From Verrucomicrobiia bacterium (GTDB taxonomy: Bacteria; Verrucomicrobiota; Verrucomicrobiia; Limisphaerales; CAIMTB01): DNA of 64,000 nt. Positions 28,449 through 38,100 of this stretch are shown one piece after another. The stretch is from contig JAHCBA010000009.1 of NCBI GenBank assembly GCA_019634625.1, positions 37,561 to 101,560 on the forward strand. The letters are read 5' to 3'. The notes beneath the pieces were generated by a model that was not told the origin of the DNA, searched no databases, and worked only from the letters and a program-made list of their open reading frames with translations. The position numbers were made by a program, and so were the translations under genes. Each line of letters starts with the position of its first letter. Position 1 is the first letter of the stretch.

Positions 28449-29594
28449 ATGCAACTGTCGAACGACGAGATCCGCCGGTATTCGCGCCACCTGATTCTGC
28501 CCGAGGTGGGGATGGCGGGGCAGAAGAAGATCTGTTCCACCAGCGTGTTGTGTGTGGGGGCGGGCGGGCTGGGATCTCCGATTGCGATGTACCTGGCGGC
28601 GGCGGGGATCGGGCGGCTGGGCCTGGTGGATTTTGACAACGTGGATTTCTCGAACCTGCAGCGTCAGTTGCTGCACGGCACGAGCGATGTGGGCCGGTCG
28701 AAGGCGGAGTCCGCGCGGGACACCATTCAGGAGTTGAACCCGAACGTCGAGGTGACGCTGCACACGACGCGGCTTTCGAGCGAGAACGCCCTCGAGATCC
28801 TCGGGCAGTACGACATCGTGGTGGACGGCACGGACAATTTCCCGACGCGGTACCTGACCAACGATGCGTGCGTGCTGCTGAGGAAGCCGAACGTGTACGG
28901 CTCGATCTTCCGGTTCGAGGGACAGGCGAGTGTGTTTGCGCCGCACCTGGGAGGGCCCTGTTACCGGTGCCTGTATCCCGAGCCGCCGCCGCCGGGGATG
29001 GTGCCGAGTTGCGCGGAGGGCGGGGTGCTGGGGGTGTTGCCCGGGATCATCGGGTGCATCCAGGCGACGGAGATCCTGAAGCTGGCGTTGGGGAAGGGGA
29101 GTTCGTTGATCGGGCGGCTGCTGTTGTTCAACGCGCTGGACATGAAGTTCAAGGAACTGCGTCTCCGCCGCGATCCGCAGTGTCCGCTGTGCGGGGAGCG
29201 CCCGACGATCCACCAGTTGATCGACTACGAGCAGTTCTGCGGGGTGATGCCGGAGGCTGCGCCGGAGGACAACCCGGACGAGGTGTCGGTCGAGGAGATG
29301 AAGCGGGCCCTGGAGGACCCGTCCCTGGGCATCCGGGTGGTGGACATCCGGGAGGCGGACGAGCACCAGATTGCCCGGATTGCCGGGGTTCCGTTGGTGC
29401 CGTTGAGCGTGTTGCCGCAGCGTTTCACCGAGTTGGACCCGAACCAGCGGATCTACCTGCACTGCAAGAGCGGGGTGCGGTCGTTGAAGGCCCTGAGGTT
29501 TCTGCGCGAACAGGGGTTCAAGTACGTGAAGAGCGTCAAGGGCGGCATCGCCGCCTGGTCCGACCGTATCGATGCCAGCGTCCCCAAGTACTGA
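28449..29594 (+). CDS. moeB: Molybdopterin-synthase adenylyltransferase / sulfurtransferase (ThiF/MoeB domain fused to rhodanese; MoeZ-type)
   Basis: It has 'RYSRHLILPEVGMAGQ', 'VGAGGLGSP', the Zn cysteines CYRC...CPLC and the C-terminal rhodanese active-site loop 'HCKSGVRS'. Confidence 0.9.
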   Translation: MQLSNDEIRRYSRHLILPEVGMAGQKKICSTSVLCVGAGGLGSPIAMYLAAAGIGRLGLVDFDNVDFSNLQRQLLHGTSDVGRSKAESARDTIQELNPNVEVTLHTTRLSSENALEILGQYDIVVDGTDNFPTRYLTNDACVLLRKPNVYGSIFRFEGQASVFAPHLGGPCYRCLYPEPPPPGMVPSCAEGGVLGVLPGIIGCIQATEILKLALGKGSSLIGRLLLFNALDMKFKELRLRRDPQCPLCGERPTIHQLIDYEQFCGVMPEAAPEDNPDEVSVEEMKRALEDPSLGIRVVDIREADEHQIARIAGVPLVPLSVLPQRFTELDPNQRIYLHCKSGVRSLKALRFLREQGFKYVKSVKGGIAAWSDRIDASVPKY

Positions 29595-32085
29595 ACGGGC
29601 GGGCGAAACGCTCCGGCGTCCGTCCGTCCGGGTGACGGGCGGGGGCGGGCGCCGGTCTGGCGCCCTGGGGGCGGTGATCGGGTTGGGGTTGGGCATCGGG
29701 CTGGCGATCGGGATGACGGCGGGGACGGCCATGGCGCAGCCCCAGCGGTGGGCGGCGTGGTCCTTCGAGGGGGGGGAACTGGCCGCGGAAGACGGGACGA
29801 AGCCGCTGAGCCACACGGCGGGCGAGCGTGTGCCGGGGGTTCTCGGAGACGGGGTCCGGTTCGGGGAGGGTGGCGGCGCGCTGGTGTATCCGGTTTCGGG
29901 CCGGCGCGGACGGTCCGCGGTGGATCCGGTACGAATGGGGGTGCGGTTGTGGTATCGACCCGATTGGAGCAGTGCGGGGCCGGGGGGCGGGCAGGGGCCG
30001 GGGGCGTGGGCGACGCTGCTGGCCATCGGCGATCGGGAGGGCCATCCGCAGGATGGCTGGTGGGAACTGGCGATCGCGCCGGAGGGGGATCGGCTGGTAT
30101 TCCGAAGCGGGTCGGGCCCGCGCCAGACGTATGCGATCGAGAGCGGGCCGGTGACCTTTCGAGCGGGGCAATGGGCGGAGGTGGCATGGAATGTCTTTCC
30201 GGGTCGGGTGCGGGGCTTCGTGGAGGGGCGGATGATCCTGAACGATGTGCCGGCGCGGGTGCCGGGACCGGGGGCGGGGGCGATGCGGGCGGGGATGGCG
30301 GTGGGCGGACTGCCGGATGGCCGGCAGGGGGCGCGGGGCACGCTCGACGAGGTGGCGTTGTTTGATGGCGGGGTGGACCGGGTGGAGTTGTGGAAGCGCA
30401 ACCGGGTTTTGAGCGTTGTGCCCCTGGAGGAGGATTCGGGGTTGCGACTGGCATGGCGGCTGGATCCGGCGGTGGAGATCGAGGTCCGGCGGACGGTTTC
30501 GGGAGTGAGCAACTGGGTGACGGTGGGGCGGGTGGAGCGGGCGGACACATGGGAGGATCGGGCCCTGGAGGCGGGGCGGTTGTACGAGTACCAGCTTTGG
30601 ACCAACGGGCGTCCGTCGCGGTTGGATGCGACGGCGGGCGTGGGATTGCCGGCCGTGGAGGATCGCGGACAGGTGGCCGTCCTGGTGGACGAGACGGTGG
30701 CGGGGGATCTGGATGCCGAATTACGGCGGCTGGAACGGGACTTGATGGCGGATGGCTGGCGGGTGTGGCGCCGTGAGGTGCCGCGTCATGACGATCGGGA
30801 GTGGCTGGCCAACACCAACGCGATTGTCCGCATCCGGTCGATGCTGCAGGACGCTTGGCGGGCGAGCGGGGGGGAACTGCGTTGTGTGTACCTGATCGGG
30901 CACGTGGCGATTCCGTATGCGGGCATGGAGGCGGAGGACACCCATACCGGGCGGGGCAACAACCATCTGGGTGCCTGGCCGTCGGACCATTACTACGGGG
31001 ACATGGATGGGATCTGGCACGACCGGATGGAGTATCCGGCGCACCTGGCGCCGCCCCGGTTCGGGATCACGCGGAACGTGCCTGGCGACGGCAAGTTCGA
31101 CATGGCGTGGGTGCCGCCGAACGAGGCTGGGGACACCCGGCTGGAACTGGCGTTCGGGCGGGTGGATTTCGCGGGGATGCCGGCCTTCGGTCGGGGACGG
31201 AGCGCGGAGGTGGCGCTGCTGCGTCAGTATCTGGACAAGGCGCACCGGTACCGGCAGGGGGGCATGCCCTTCGAACCGCGGGCGGTGGTGGGGGCGTACT
31301 TCGAAAATTACACGGACATGGCGATGCTGGGCAGCGCCTATCGGACGGGGAGCCGGTTGTATGGGCTCGACCCGGCGGTGCTGGGGGAGGGGGATCTGTT
31401 TGCGTTGGGGGACGGACGCACGGCGGCATGGGGATTTCAGTCGGGGGCGGGTGCGATCGACCGCATTCGGGACAACTGGCCCGGGATGGTGACGACGGCC
31501 CGCCTCACCGAGCCGCGGCATCAGGCGCGGGTGGCCTTCTCGATGTTGATGGGGTCGTGGTTTGGCGATTGGGCGGCGGGCGAGAACAACCTGTTGCGGG
31601 CGATCATCGCGTCGCGGGACCACGGGTTGGCGACGTTCTGGGTGCGGTATGCCGAGTGGCGGTTCGATCCGCTGGCGCGGGGCGGGACCCTGGGGGATGC
31701 CCAGTTGGAGACGGCCAACCGGCATCTGGTGTACCGGGATCCGAACCGGGGGACGACGCGGACGCTGACCATCCTGGGGGATCCGACCTTGCGTCTGCAC
31801 GTGACGGCGCCGCCCGGGCGGGTGCGGGGTCAACGCCGGGGGGAATCGGTGGAGCTTCAGTGGGCGGCGTCGCCGGATGCGGCGGAGGGCTACCGGGTCC
31901 ATCGGTCCATGGATCCCGGGGGACGCGGCTGGGAACGGGTGGCGGAATTGGGGAGGAACGAGAGGCGCTTTCGCGATGACGCGGGGCCGGTTGGGGCGGT
32001 GTACCTGGTGCGGGCGGCGCAGCGCATGGCCACGGCCAGCGGTTCGTACACGAATCTGAGCCAGGGGATGTTCTGGCCGGAGTGA
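29572..32085 (+). CDS. Secreted/anchored hypothetical protein with LamG-like N-terminal domain and FN3-like C-terminal domain
   Basis: It has the hydrophobic anchor 'ALGAVIGLGLGIGLAIGMTAGTAMA', a 'GTLDEVALFDGG' LamG-type motif and a C-terminal 'VELQWAASPDAAEGYRVHRS' FN3-like strand pattern. The start is uncertain (alternative GTG at 29632). Confidence 0.6.
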   Translation: MPASPSTERAGETLRRPSVRVTGGGGRRSGALGAVIGLGLGIGLAIGMTAGTAMAQPQRWAAWSFEGGELAAEDGTKPLSHTAGERVPGVLGDGVRFGEGGGALVYPVSGRRGRSAVDPVRMGVRLWYRPDWSSAGPGGGQGPGAWATLLAIGDREGHPQDGWWELAIAPEGDRLVFRSGSGPRQTYAIESGPVTFRAGQWAEVAWNVFPGRVRGFVEGRMILNDVPARVPGPGAGAMRAGMAVGGLPDGRQGARGTLDEVALFDGGVDRVELWKRNRVLSVVPLEEDSGLRLAWRLDPAVEIEVRRTVSGVSNWVTVGRVERADTWEDRALEAGRLYEYQLWTNGRPSRLDATAGVGLPAVEDRGQVAVLVDETVAGDLDAELRRLERDLMADGWRVWRREVPRHDDREWLANTNAIVRIRSMLQDAWRASGGELRCVYLIGHVAIPYAGMEAEDTHTGRGNNHLGAWPSDHYYGDMDGIWHDRMEYPAHLAPPRFGITRNVPGDGKFDMAWVPPNEAGDTRLELAFGRVDFAGMPAFGRGRSAEVALLRQYLDKAHRYRQGGMPFEPRAVVGAYFENYTDMAMLGSAYRTGSRLYGLDPAVLGEGDLFALGDGRTAAWGFQSGAGAIDRIRDNWPGMVTTARLTEPRHQARVAFSMLMGSWFGDWAAGENNLLRAIIASRDHGLATFWVRYAEWRFDPLARGGTLGDAQLETANRHLVYRDPNRGTTRTLTILGDPTLRLHVTAPPGRVRGQRRGESVELQWAASPDAAEGYRVHRSMDPGGRGWERVAELGRNERRFRDDAGPVGAVYLVRAAQRMATASGSYTNLSQGMFWPE

Positions 32086-32175
32086 GAGTGGGCGCCGCGA
32101 TTCCGGAGGGACGAGCTCCGCGGGTCCGCATCCCATCGCTCCACATCCTTGCGGCCTTGTGGAACCCGGCCCTCG
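32086..32175 (-). repeat. R1 dispersed repeat (reverse orientation)
   Basis: The core CGGAGGGACGAGCTCCGCGGGT lies at 32104-32125, between convergent gene ends. Confidence 0.85.
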
Positions 32176-32192
32176 GGATTGCGGTTTTCGGT

Positions 32193-33215
32193 TCAGATCA
32201 TGGGATTGACGGAGGGGGGGGCGGTGCTTCGGCGGATGAGGAGTTCGGCGCGGAGGGTCTGGCTTTGGGCGGGTTCGCCCTGGAGCCGTTTGCGGAGGAG
32301 TTCCATGGCGACGATGCCGAGGCGGAACTTGGGTTCGCGGAGGGTGGTGAGGGGGACGCGGGCGTGTTCGGCCGTGAGGATGTTGCCGAAGCCGGCGACG
32401 GAGACGTCGTCGGGGATGCGGACGCCCTGCGAGGCGAGGGCATTGAGGGCACCGATGGCGACGAGGTCATTGACGGCCTGGATGGCGGTGACGCCCGGGC
32501 TTTCGCGGATGAGTTCGAGGGCGGCCTGGAAGCCTGCTTCGAGGGTGGTGCCGGCGGGGAAGATCAGGCGGTCATCGGGTTCGATGCCGGCATCGCGGAG
32601 GGCGCGGCGGTGGCCTTCGAGGCGGGCCTGGGCGGAGGGCGAGACGCTGTGGCCGGCGAGGAAGGCGATGCGGCGATGTCCGAGCTGGAGCAGGTGCTGG
32701 GTGAGTTCGCGGCTGGCGGCAAGTTCGTCGATGGCGACACGGAGGAAGCCTTGGGCGAAGTCGGGCGGGGCGCCGAGGAGGACGAGGGGGATGTTCAGGC
32801 GCTGGAGTTCGGCGTAGATGGTGGGGGGATGGCCGAGGCGGGGGACGGGCATGACGAGGAGGCCTTCGACGCGGCGGGCGAGGAGGCGTCGGAGGACCCA
32901 TTCCTCGCGGTCGGGTTTCTCGAGGGTATGGGCGAGGAAGAGGTCGTAGCCGAGTTCGAAGGCGCGATCCTCGATGGCCATGACAAGGCGGGCATGGACG
33001 GGGTTGACGACGCCGGGCAGGACGAGGCCGAGGAGGCGGGTGGCGCGGGTGCGGAGGCCGGCGGCCATGGCATGGGGGACGTACCCCATTTCCTGGGCGA
33101 GGGCGCGGACGCGTGCCTTGGTGGCGGCGGAGATGTCGCGGGCATTTCGCAGCACCTTGGACACCGTCATGATCGAAACGCCGGCGCGTTCGGCGATGTC
33201 TTTGAGTCGAACCAT
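32193..33215 (-). CDS. LacI-family transcriptional regulator
   Basis: It has the 'MVRLKDIAERAGVSIMTVSKVLRN' HTH and a periplasmic-binding-fold C-terminus. The start was trimmed to the ATG at 33215. Confidence 0.9.
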   Translation of the reverse strand: MVRLKDIAERAGVSIMTVSKVLRNARDISAATKARVRALAQEMGYVPHAMAAGLRTRATRLLGLVLPGVVNPVHARLVMAIEDRAFELGYDLFLAHTLEKPDREEWVLRRLLARRVEGLLVMPVPRLGHPPTIYAELQRLNIPLVLLGAPPDFAQGFLRVAIDELAASRELTQHLLQLGHRRIAFLAGHSVSPSAQARLEGHRRALRDAGIEPDDRLIFPAGTTLEAGFQAALELIRESPGVTAIQAVNDLVAIGALNALASQGVRIPDDVSVAGFGNILTAEHARVPLTTLREPKFRLGIVAMELLRKRLQGEPAQSQTLRAELLIRRSTAPPSVNPMI

Positions 33216-33252
33216 GGGAAGGGAGGCCAGTGGGATGGGATGAGGACGGGAT

Positions 33253-34128
33253 TCAGGCGTGGGATCCGCTCCAGAGGAGTTTCTGGCGGAGGGTCTGGAA
33301 AAACGAGCTGCCGCCCAGGCGCAGGAGGGGGACGGATTGGGCGGCTTTGCGGATGGTGACGGCGTCGCCGACGCGCAACTGACGGGCGACCTGGCCGTCG
33401 GCGGTGAGATGGGTGCGGAGTTTGGCGGTGCAGACACGGACCACGAGGGTGGCATCGAGGTCCACGATGACCGAGCGGTTGGAGAGGGTGAGGGGGCAGA
33501 TCGGGGTGATGGTAAAGACGCTGGCGGTGGGGCTGACGATGGCGCCTCCGGCGGCGAGGGAGTAGGCGGTGGAGCCGGTGGGGGAGGAGACGATGAGGCC
33601 GTCGCAGCGGTAGCGGGTGAGTTCCTCGCCGTCCACGACGACCTCGAGTTCGATCATGCGGGAGACTTCGCCGCGGCTGAAGACGATGTCGTTGAGGGCG
33701 AGGACGGGGTTGTCGCGGGGTGGTTCGGCCTGAAGGAGGGGCCGTGGCTCGATGCGATAATCGCCGGCGACGATTTGTTCGAGGGCGAGGGGGAGGCGGG
33801 AGGCGGTGACCTCGGCGAGGAAGCCGAGGCGTCCGACGTGGATGCCGAGGATGGGGGTTTGGCTGCCGGCCGTTTCGCGGGCGACGCGAAGGATGGTGCC
33901 GTCTCCACCGAAGACGAGGAGCAGGTCGCAGTGCGGGGCGAGGGCGGCGGCGTCCTGTCGCGAGGGGAGGGTGAGGCGGCAGAGCCGGCGGGTGGGGGCA
34001 TCGGTGACGACGGTGAGGCCGGCATCGGCGAGGCGGCGGGCAGCCTCGGCGACGAGGGGCCGGCATTCCTTCTTTTCGGTATTGGCGACCAACCCGACGC
34101 GATGGATGGGCTCAGGACGACTTTTCAA
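33253..34128 (-). CDS. nadK: NAD+ kinase
   Basis: It has 'LLLVFGGDGTILR' and 'GSTAYSLAAGGAIV' motifs. The start appears to be TTG. Confidence 0.9.
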   Translation of the reverse strand: MKSRPEPIHRVGLVANTEKKECRPLVAEAARRLADAGLTVVTDAPTRRLCRLTLPSRQDAAALAPHCDLLLVFGGDGTILRVARETAGSQTPILGIHVGRLGFLAEVTASRLPLALEQIVAGDYRIEPRPLLQAEPPRDNPVLALNDIVFSRGEVSRMIELEVVVDGEELTRYRCDGLIVSSPTGSTAYSLAAGGAIVSPTASVFTITPICPLTLSNRSVIVDLDATLVVRVCTAKLRTHLTADGQVARQLRVGDAVTIRKAAQSVPLLRLGGSSFFQTLRQKLLWSGSHA

Positions 34129-34852
34129 GGAGGGCGAGGAATTCGTGGTTGCCGGCGGGCCCTCGAAGCGGCGATGGACTCTCGGAGCGCCATTGAAGCC
34201 CGGGTTGGGCTTCGACGAAAGCGCGGAGTTCGTCCAGGACGCGGGCGTGGATGGCGGGATCGGAGATCACGCCGCGGCCGCGGGAGACCTCGGCGCGGCC
34301 GGCTTCGAACTGGGGTTTGACCAGGGCGACGAGGCGTCCGCCGGGACGGACCAGGGCGGCCACGGGGGGGAGCACGAGGCGAAGGGAGATGAACGAGCAG
34401 TCGAGAACGGCGAGGTCGAAGGGCTCGAAGGGTTCGGGAAACCGGCCGGGATCGAGGTGGCGGGCGTTGACGCCTTCCATGACGCTGACGCGCGGGTCCT
34501 GACGGAGTTTCCAGGCGAGCTGGCCGCGACCGACATCGACGCACGTGACGTGGGCGGCGCCGTGCTGGAGGAGGCAATCGGTGAAGCCGCCGGTGGAGGA
34601 ACCGATGTCGAGCGCGCTGCTGCCAGGGACGTCGAGGGCCCAGGTGGAGAGGGCATGTTCGAGCTTTTCGCCGCCGCGGCTGACGTAGCGGTCGCCGGGG
34701 GCGACTTCGAGCCGGTCGTCGCGGCGGACGTTGCGGCCGGGTTTGTCGGCGACGTGGCCGTTGACACGGACCTGACCGGCCAGGATGGCGCGCTGGGCCT
34801 GTTCCCGGCTTGGACAAAGGGCGAGTTCCACGAGACGCACATCCAGCCGCAT
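34112..34852 (-). CDS. tlyA: TlyA-family rRNA 2'-O-methyltransferase
   Basis: It has an S4-like N-terminus, then 'YVSRGGEKLEHAL' and 'ALDIGSSTGGFTDCLL' FtsJ motifs. The start was trimmed to the ATG at 34852. It overlaps the nadK start by 17 bp. Confidence 0.88.
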   Translation of the reverse strand: MRLDVRLVELALCPSREQAQRAILAGQVRVNGHVADKPGRNVRRDDRLEVAPGDRYVSRGGEKLEHALSTWALDVPGSSALDIGSSTGGFTDCLLQHGAAHVTCVDVGRGQLAWKLRQDPRVSVMEGVNARHLDPGRFPEPFEPFDLAVLDCSFISLRLVLPPVAALVRPGGRLVALVKPQFEAGRAEVSRGRGVISDPAIHARVLDELRAFVEAQPGLQWRSESPSPLRGPAGNHEFLALLEKSS

Positions 34853-34904
34853 TGGGGGTGGAAGGGTGAACCCATCAGGGCACGGTTGGCGAATCCGGAT
34901 CGCG

Positions 34905-35160
34905 CGTCGGGGGTGGTTGGGAGGCTCACGCTGAAGCGTGTACACCCAACCGTTCTGGCCGGGCGGGGACGTGGGGGTAAGGGGTTGGTCGGATTTTGTT
35001 GGGTGTGCGCGCTTTCGTGCGTCGGGGTGGTTCGGAGGTTCACGCTGAAGCGTGTACACCCAACCGTTCTGGCTGGGCGGGGATGTGGGGGGTGCGGGGT
35101 TGGTCGGACTTTGTTCGGGCTTTAGCGTGTCGGGGGGGGGGCGGAAGTTCACGCTGAATT
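34905..35160. repeat. R2 repeat, about 2.5 diverged units
   Basis: CACGCTGAAGCGTGTACACCCAACCGTTCTGG occurs at 34927 and 35041, with degenerate reverse hairpins between. It lies directly 3' of the giant gene. Confidence 0.85.
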
Positions 35161-35182
35161 CCGACCCTGATTCCGAGGGCGA

Positions 35183-38100
35183 TCAGGGGAGGGGGAAATT
35201 GAGGCCGAGGAAGGTGACGCCGTTGCTGCCGACGTAGAGGGCGGAATTGGCGAAGGTCTGGCCGGTGAAGGGATTGAAGATGGTGGCGGTTCCCTTGAAC
35301 TGGTCCTGGATGGCGAGGGTGTCGAGGGAGAGGTTGACGGCGCCGAGGTTGTACCCGCCGATGGTGAACGCGCCGGACATGGTGGCGCTGAAGCTGGTGG
35401 TGGGGGCGGAGGCGGCGCTGATCGAGTAGGAGAGTCCGGGGAGCCCGAGGATGTTGCTGGCGGAGGAGACGAACTGGACGGGGCCGTTGGCGGTGGTGCG
35501 TCGGAAGGTGACCGACTGGGAGCCGAGGCTGAGTCCGTTGAGATTGAGGGTGCGGGACCAGGTGTGATTGAAGGTGCCGGCGGCGTTGAGGGTGGGGAAG
35601 TTGTCGGGCAGGGAGAGACCGTTGCGGAGGGTTCCGGTGAGGCCTGGGATGAGGGGGAAGGCCAGGGTGGCCTGGGTGGGCAGGGTGAGCTGGAAGCCGC
35701 CGGTGGAGGCGTTCCAGCGGAAGGGCAGGGCGGCGCCGGAGGTGAGGCGCATGAGGTTGATGCCGGTGCCGAAGTCGAAGGTGGAGGACGGCAGGTTGCG
35801 GGTGAGGAGGCCGTCGGTGGAGAAGGTGAAGGACTGGTTGAGGTATTCGCGGCCGAAGAGTTCGACGCGCCAGCCGTTGAAGGCAAGTCCGAGGTTGCCG
35901 TTGGCGGCGCGGCTGACGGTGACGGAGCCGGGATCGAGTTCGAGCCAGCCGAGGTCGGGGTCGGGGAGGTTCGAGGTGATGGTGTGGGAGAAGGCGGTGG
36001 CCTGCTGGATGGTGAAGGGAACGGTGATGGAGCGGAGCAGGGTGGCGGAGAGGTTGTTGGGGTTCGGGTAGCGCAGGTCGAGGCGCCAGTCGCCGGAGAG
36101 GGAATAGGAGCCGGTGGGGCCGGTGACGGACGCGGCGAGGTCGAGGGAACGGGAGTTGGCGAGCTTGAGGACGCCGGCGCCGAAGAAGTCGTAGGTGTTG
36201 TTGAGGCTGAACCCGGCGTTGACGTGGGTGAGGGTGCCGGCGGTGAGGGCGACGGAGAAGTGGACGGGACCGAGCTGGGTGGCGGTGAGGGGGAGGCCGA
36301 GGACGGTGGCGGTGGGGTTCTGGGAGCGGAGCGAGAGGACGTTGTTGGAATAGCTCAGGTGATTGCCGGAGGCGCTGGACCCGAGCTGGAGGAGCGGGGG
36401 CAGGGTGGCGGTGCCGCCCCAGGTGCCGGCCTGGACGGAGAGGTTTTCGGCGAGGAAGCCGGTGGGGGTGAGGGCCATGTTTCCGGTGAGGGCGACGCCG
36501 GGGAGATGAGGGAAGGCGAGGGACCGGTTGCTGGCGTTCGCCACGAACTGGGCGGGGGCGACCTCGAAGGTGGGGACGGCGACGGCCTGTTCGAGGAAGG
36601 TGCCGGGCAGGAGATGGACGGTGGGTGAGGCGAGCGCAAGGGCGTTGCCGTCGGTGCCGAGGGTGAGCTGGAGCGAGGAACTGACGATGCGTGAGAGGTT
36701 GAAGGTGCGGGCGGCGCCACCGAGGACGAGGGTGCGGTCGTACTGGAGGTCGGGCGGGTTGAGGGTGAGGCGGAAGGTTCCGTTGGTGGAGAGGGAGAAG
36801 GACTGGGTGCCGGCGGGGACGTTCTGATGGGTGTAGGCCATCGGGCTGTTGCGGAGCAGGGTGAAGTGGACGTTGCCGGAGCGGCTGGCGGTGAAGGCCA
36901 GGGACGAGGTGCCGACGCCGGAGAGGGAGGTGGTGAAGAGCGTGGCGCCGGAGGCGGGTTCGAGGCGGAGCAGTTCGGGGATGGGGCCGACGGGATCGGC
37001 GATGAGAGCTTCGGCGGTCAGGGAGGCGGACCAGGGGCTGGTGGTGGAGAAGCCGAACGGGGTATCGGTTCCCCGGGCCCCGTGAAGGAGGAGGGTGCCG
37101 CCGAGGCCGATGCCGGAGAGCTGGAGCCTGGCCTGGCTGAGGAGGAAGGAGAAGGCGCCGGTCGAGGCGAGGGAGACCTGACCCTGGAGGGTCTGGCCGG
37201 TGCGCGGCTGGATGGAGCCGAAGCCGGGGATGGCGATGGCGGCGAGGTTGCCGTTGGCGGTGAACGTGGTGGTGCCGGCGGCGTTGCGGGCGAGGGTGTA
37301 GGAGGCGCTGGAGAGGGTGCGTCCCTCCCAGACGAGGTTGTTGCTGCCGCTGGCATTGAAGGCGCCGGTGTTGGCCATCGAGAACGCCTGGAGGGCGAGG
37401 AGACTCGAGGTGGGGACGTCGGTGAACGACAGGCGGGCGCCGGACGGCACCTGGATGCCGGTGGTGTCGAAGGTGACGGCGATGGGGCCGCCGGTGGTGC
37501 TGGCGACGCGGAAGACGCCGAGTTCGAGGGGCGGGAGGCTGGCGGTGCCGTTCAGGGCGATGCCCGACTGGCTGAGGGTGAGGGTGGCCTCGACCTGGAT
37601 GCCGAGGCTGCCGAGCAGCCCGCCCTCGGTGGTGCCGGTGAGGGTGAGGGAACGGTTGTTGAGGCGGAGGGTCCAGCCGGGCGGGAAGGACGCGAAGGGC
37701 AGGCTGGCGAACGAGCGGGCATTGGGGACCGTGGCTTCCAGCTCGAATTCTCCGGCGGTATCGGCGGCGAAGGAGATCACGGCGCCGGGGCCGAGCGTGA
37801 GGGATTGGCGGCGCGGGTCGGAGGCGGGGGCGTCGGGGAAGGTGGTGAGGACGACGCCAAGGGCGAGGTTGGAGAACTCCATCCGGGCGAAGTCGGTCCC
37901 CTCGCCCGAGAGGGTGGCCCGGAAGTCTTGGGTGGCGGCGGTGCCGGGGCGGGTCAGGCGCAGGACCGTTTCGGTGCCGACGCGGACGTCGATGCCGTCA
38001 CCGGCGGGGATGGTGACACTGGCATTCCAGGGTCCGGAGGTGCTGAGGGTGAAGGGATCGTTGGTGGTGGTGCCGTGAACGAGGATGGGGCGGCCCGGGG

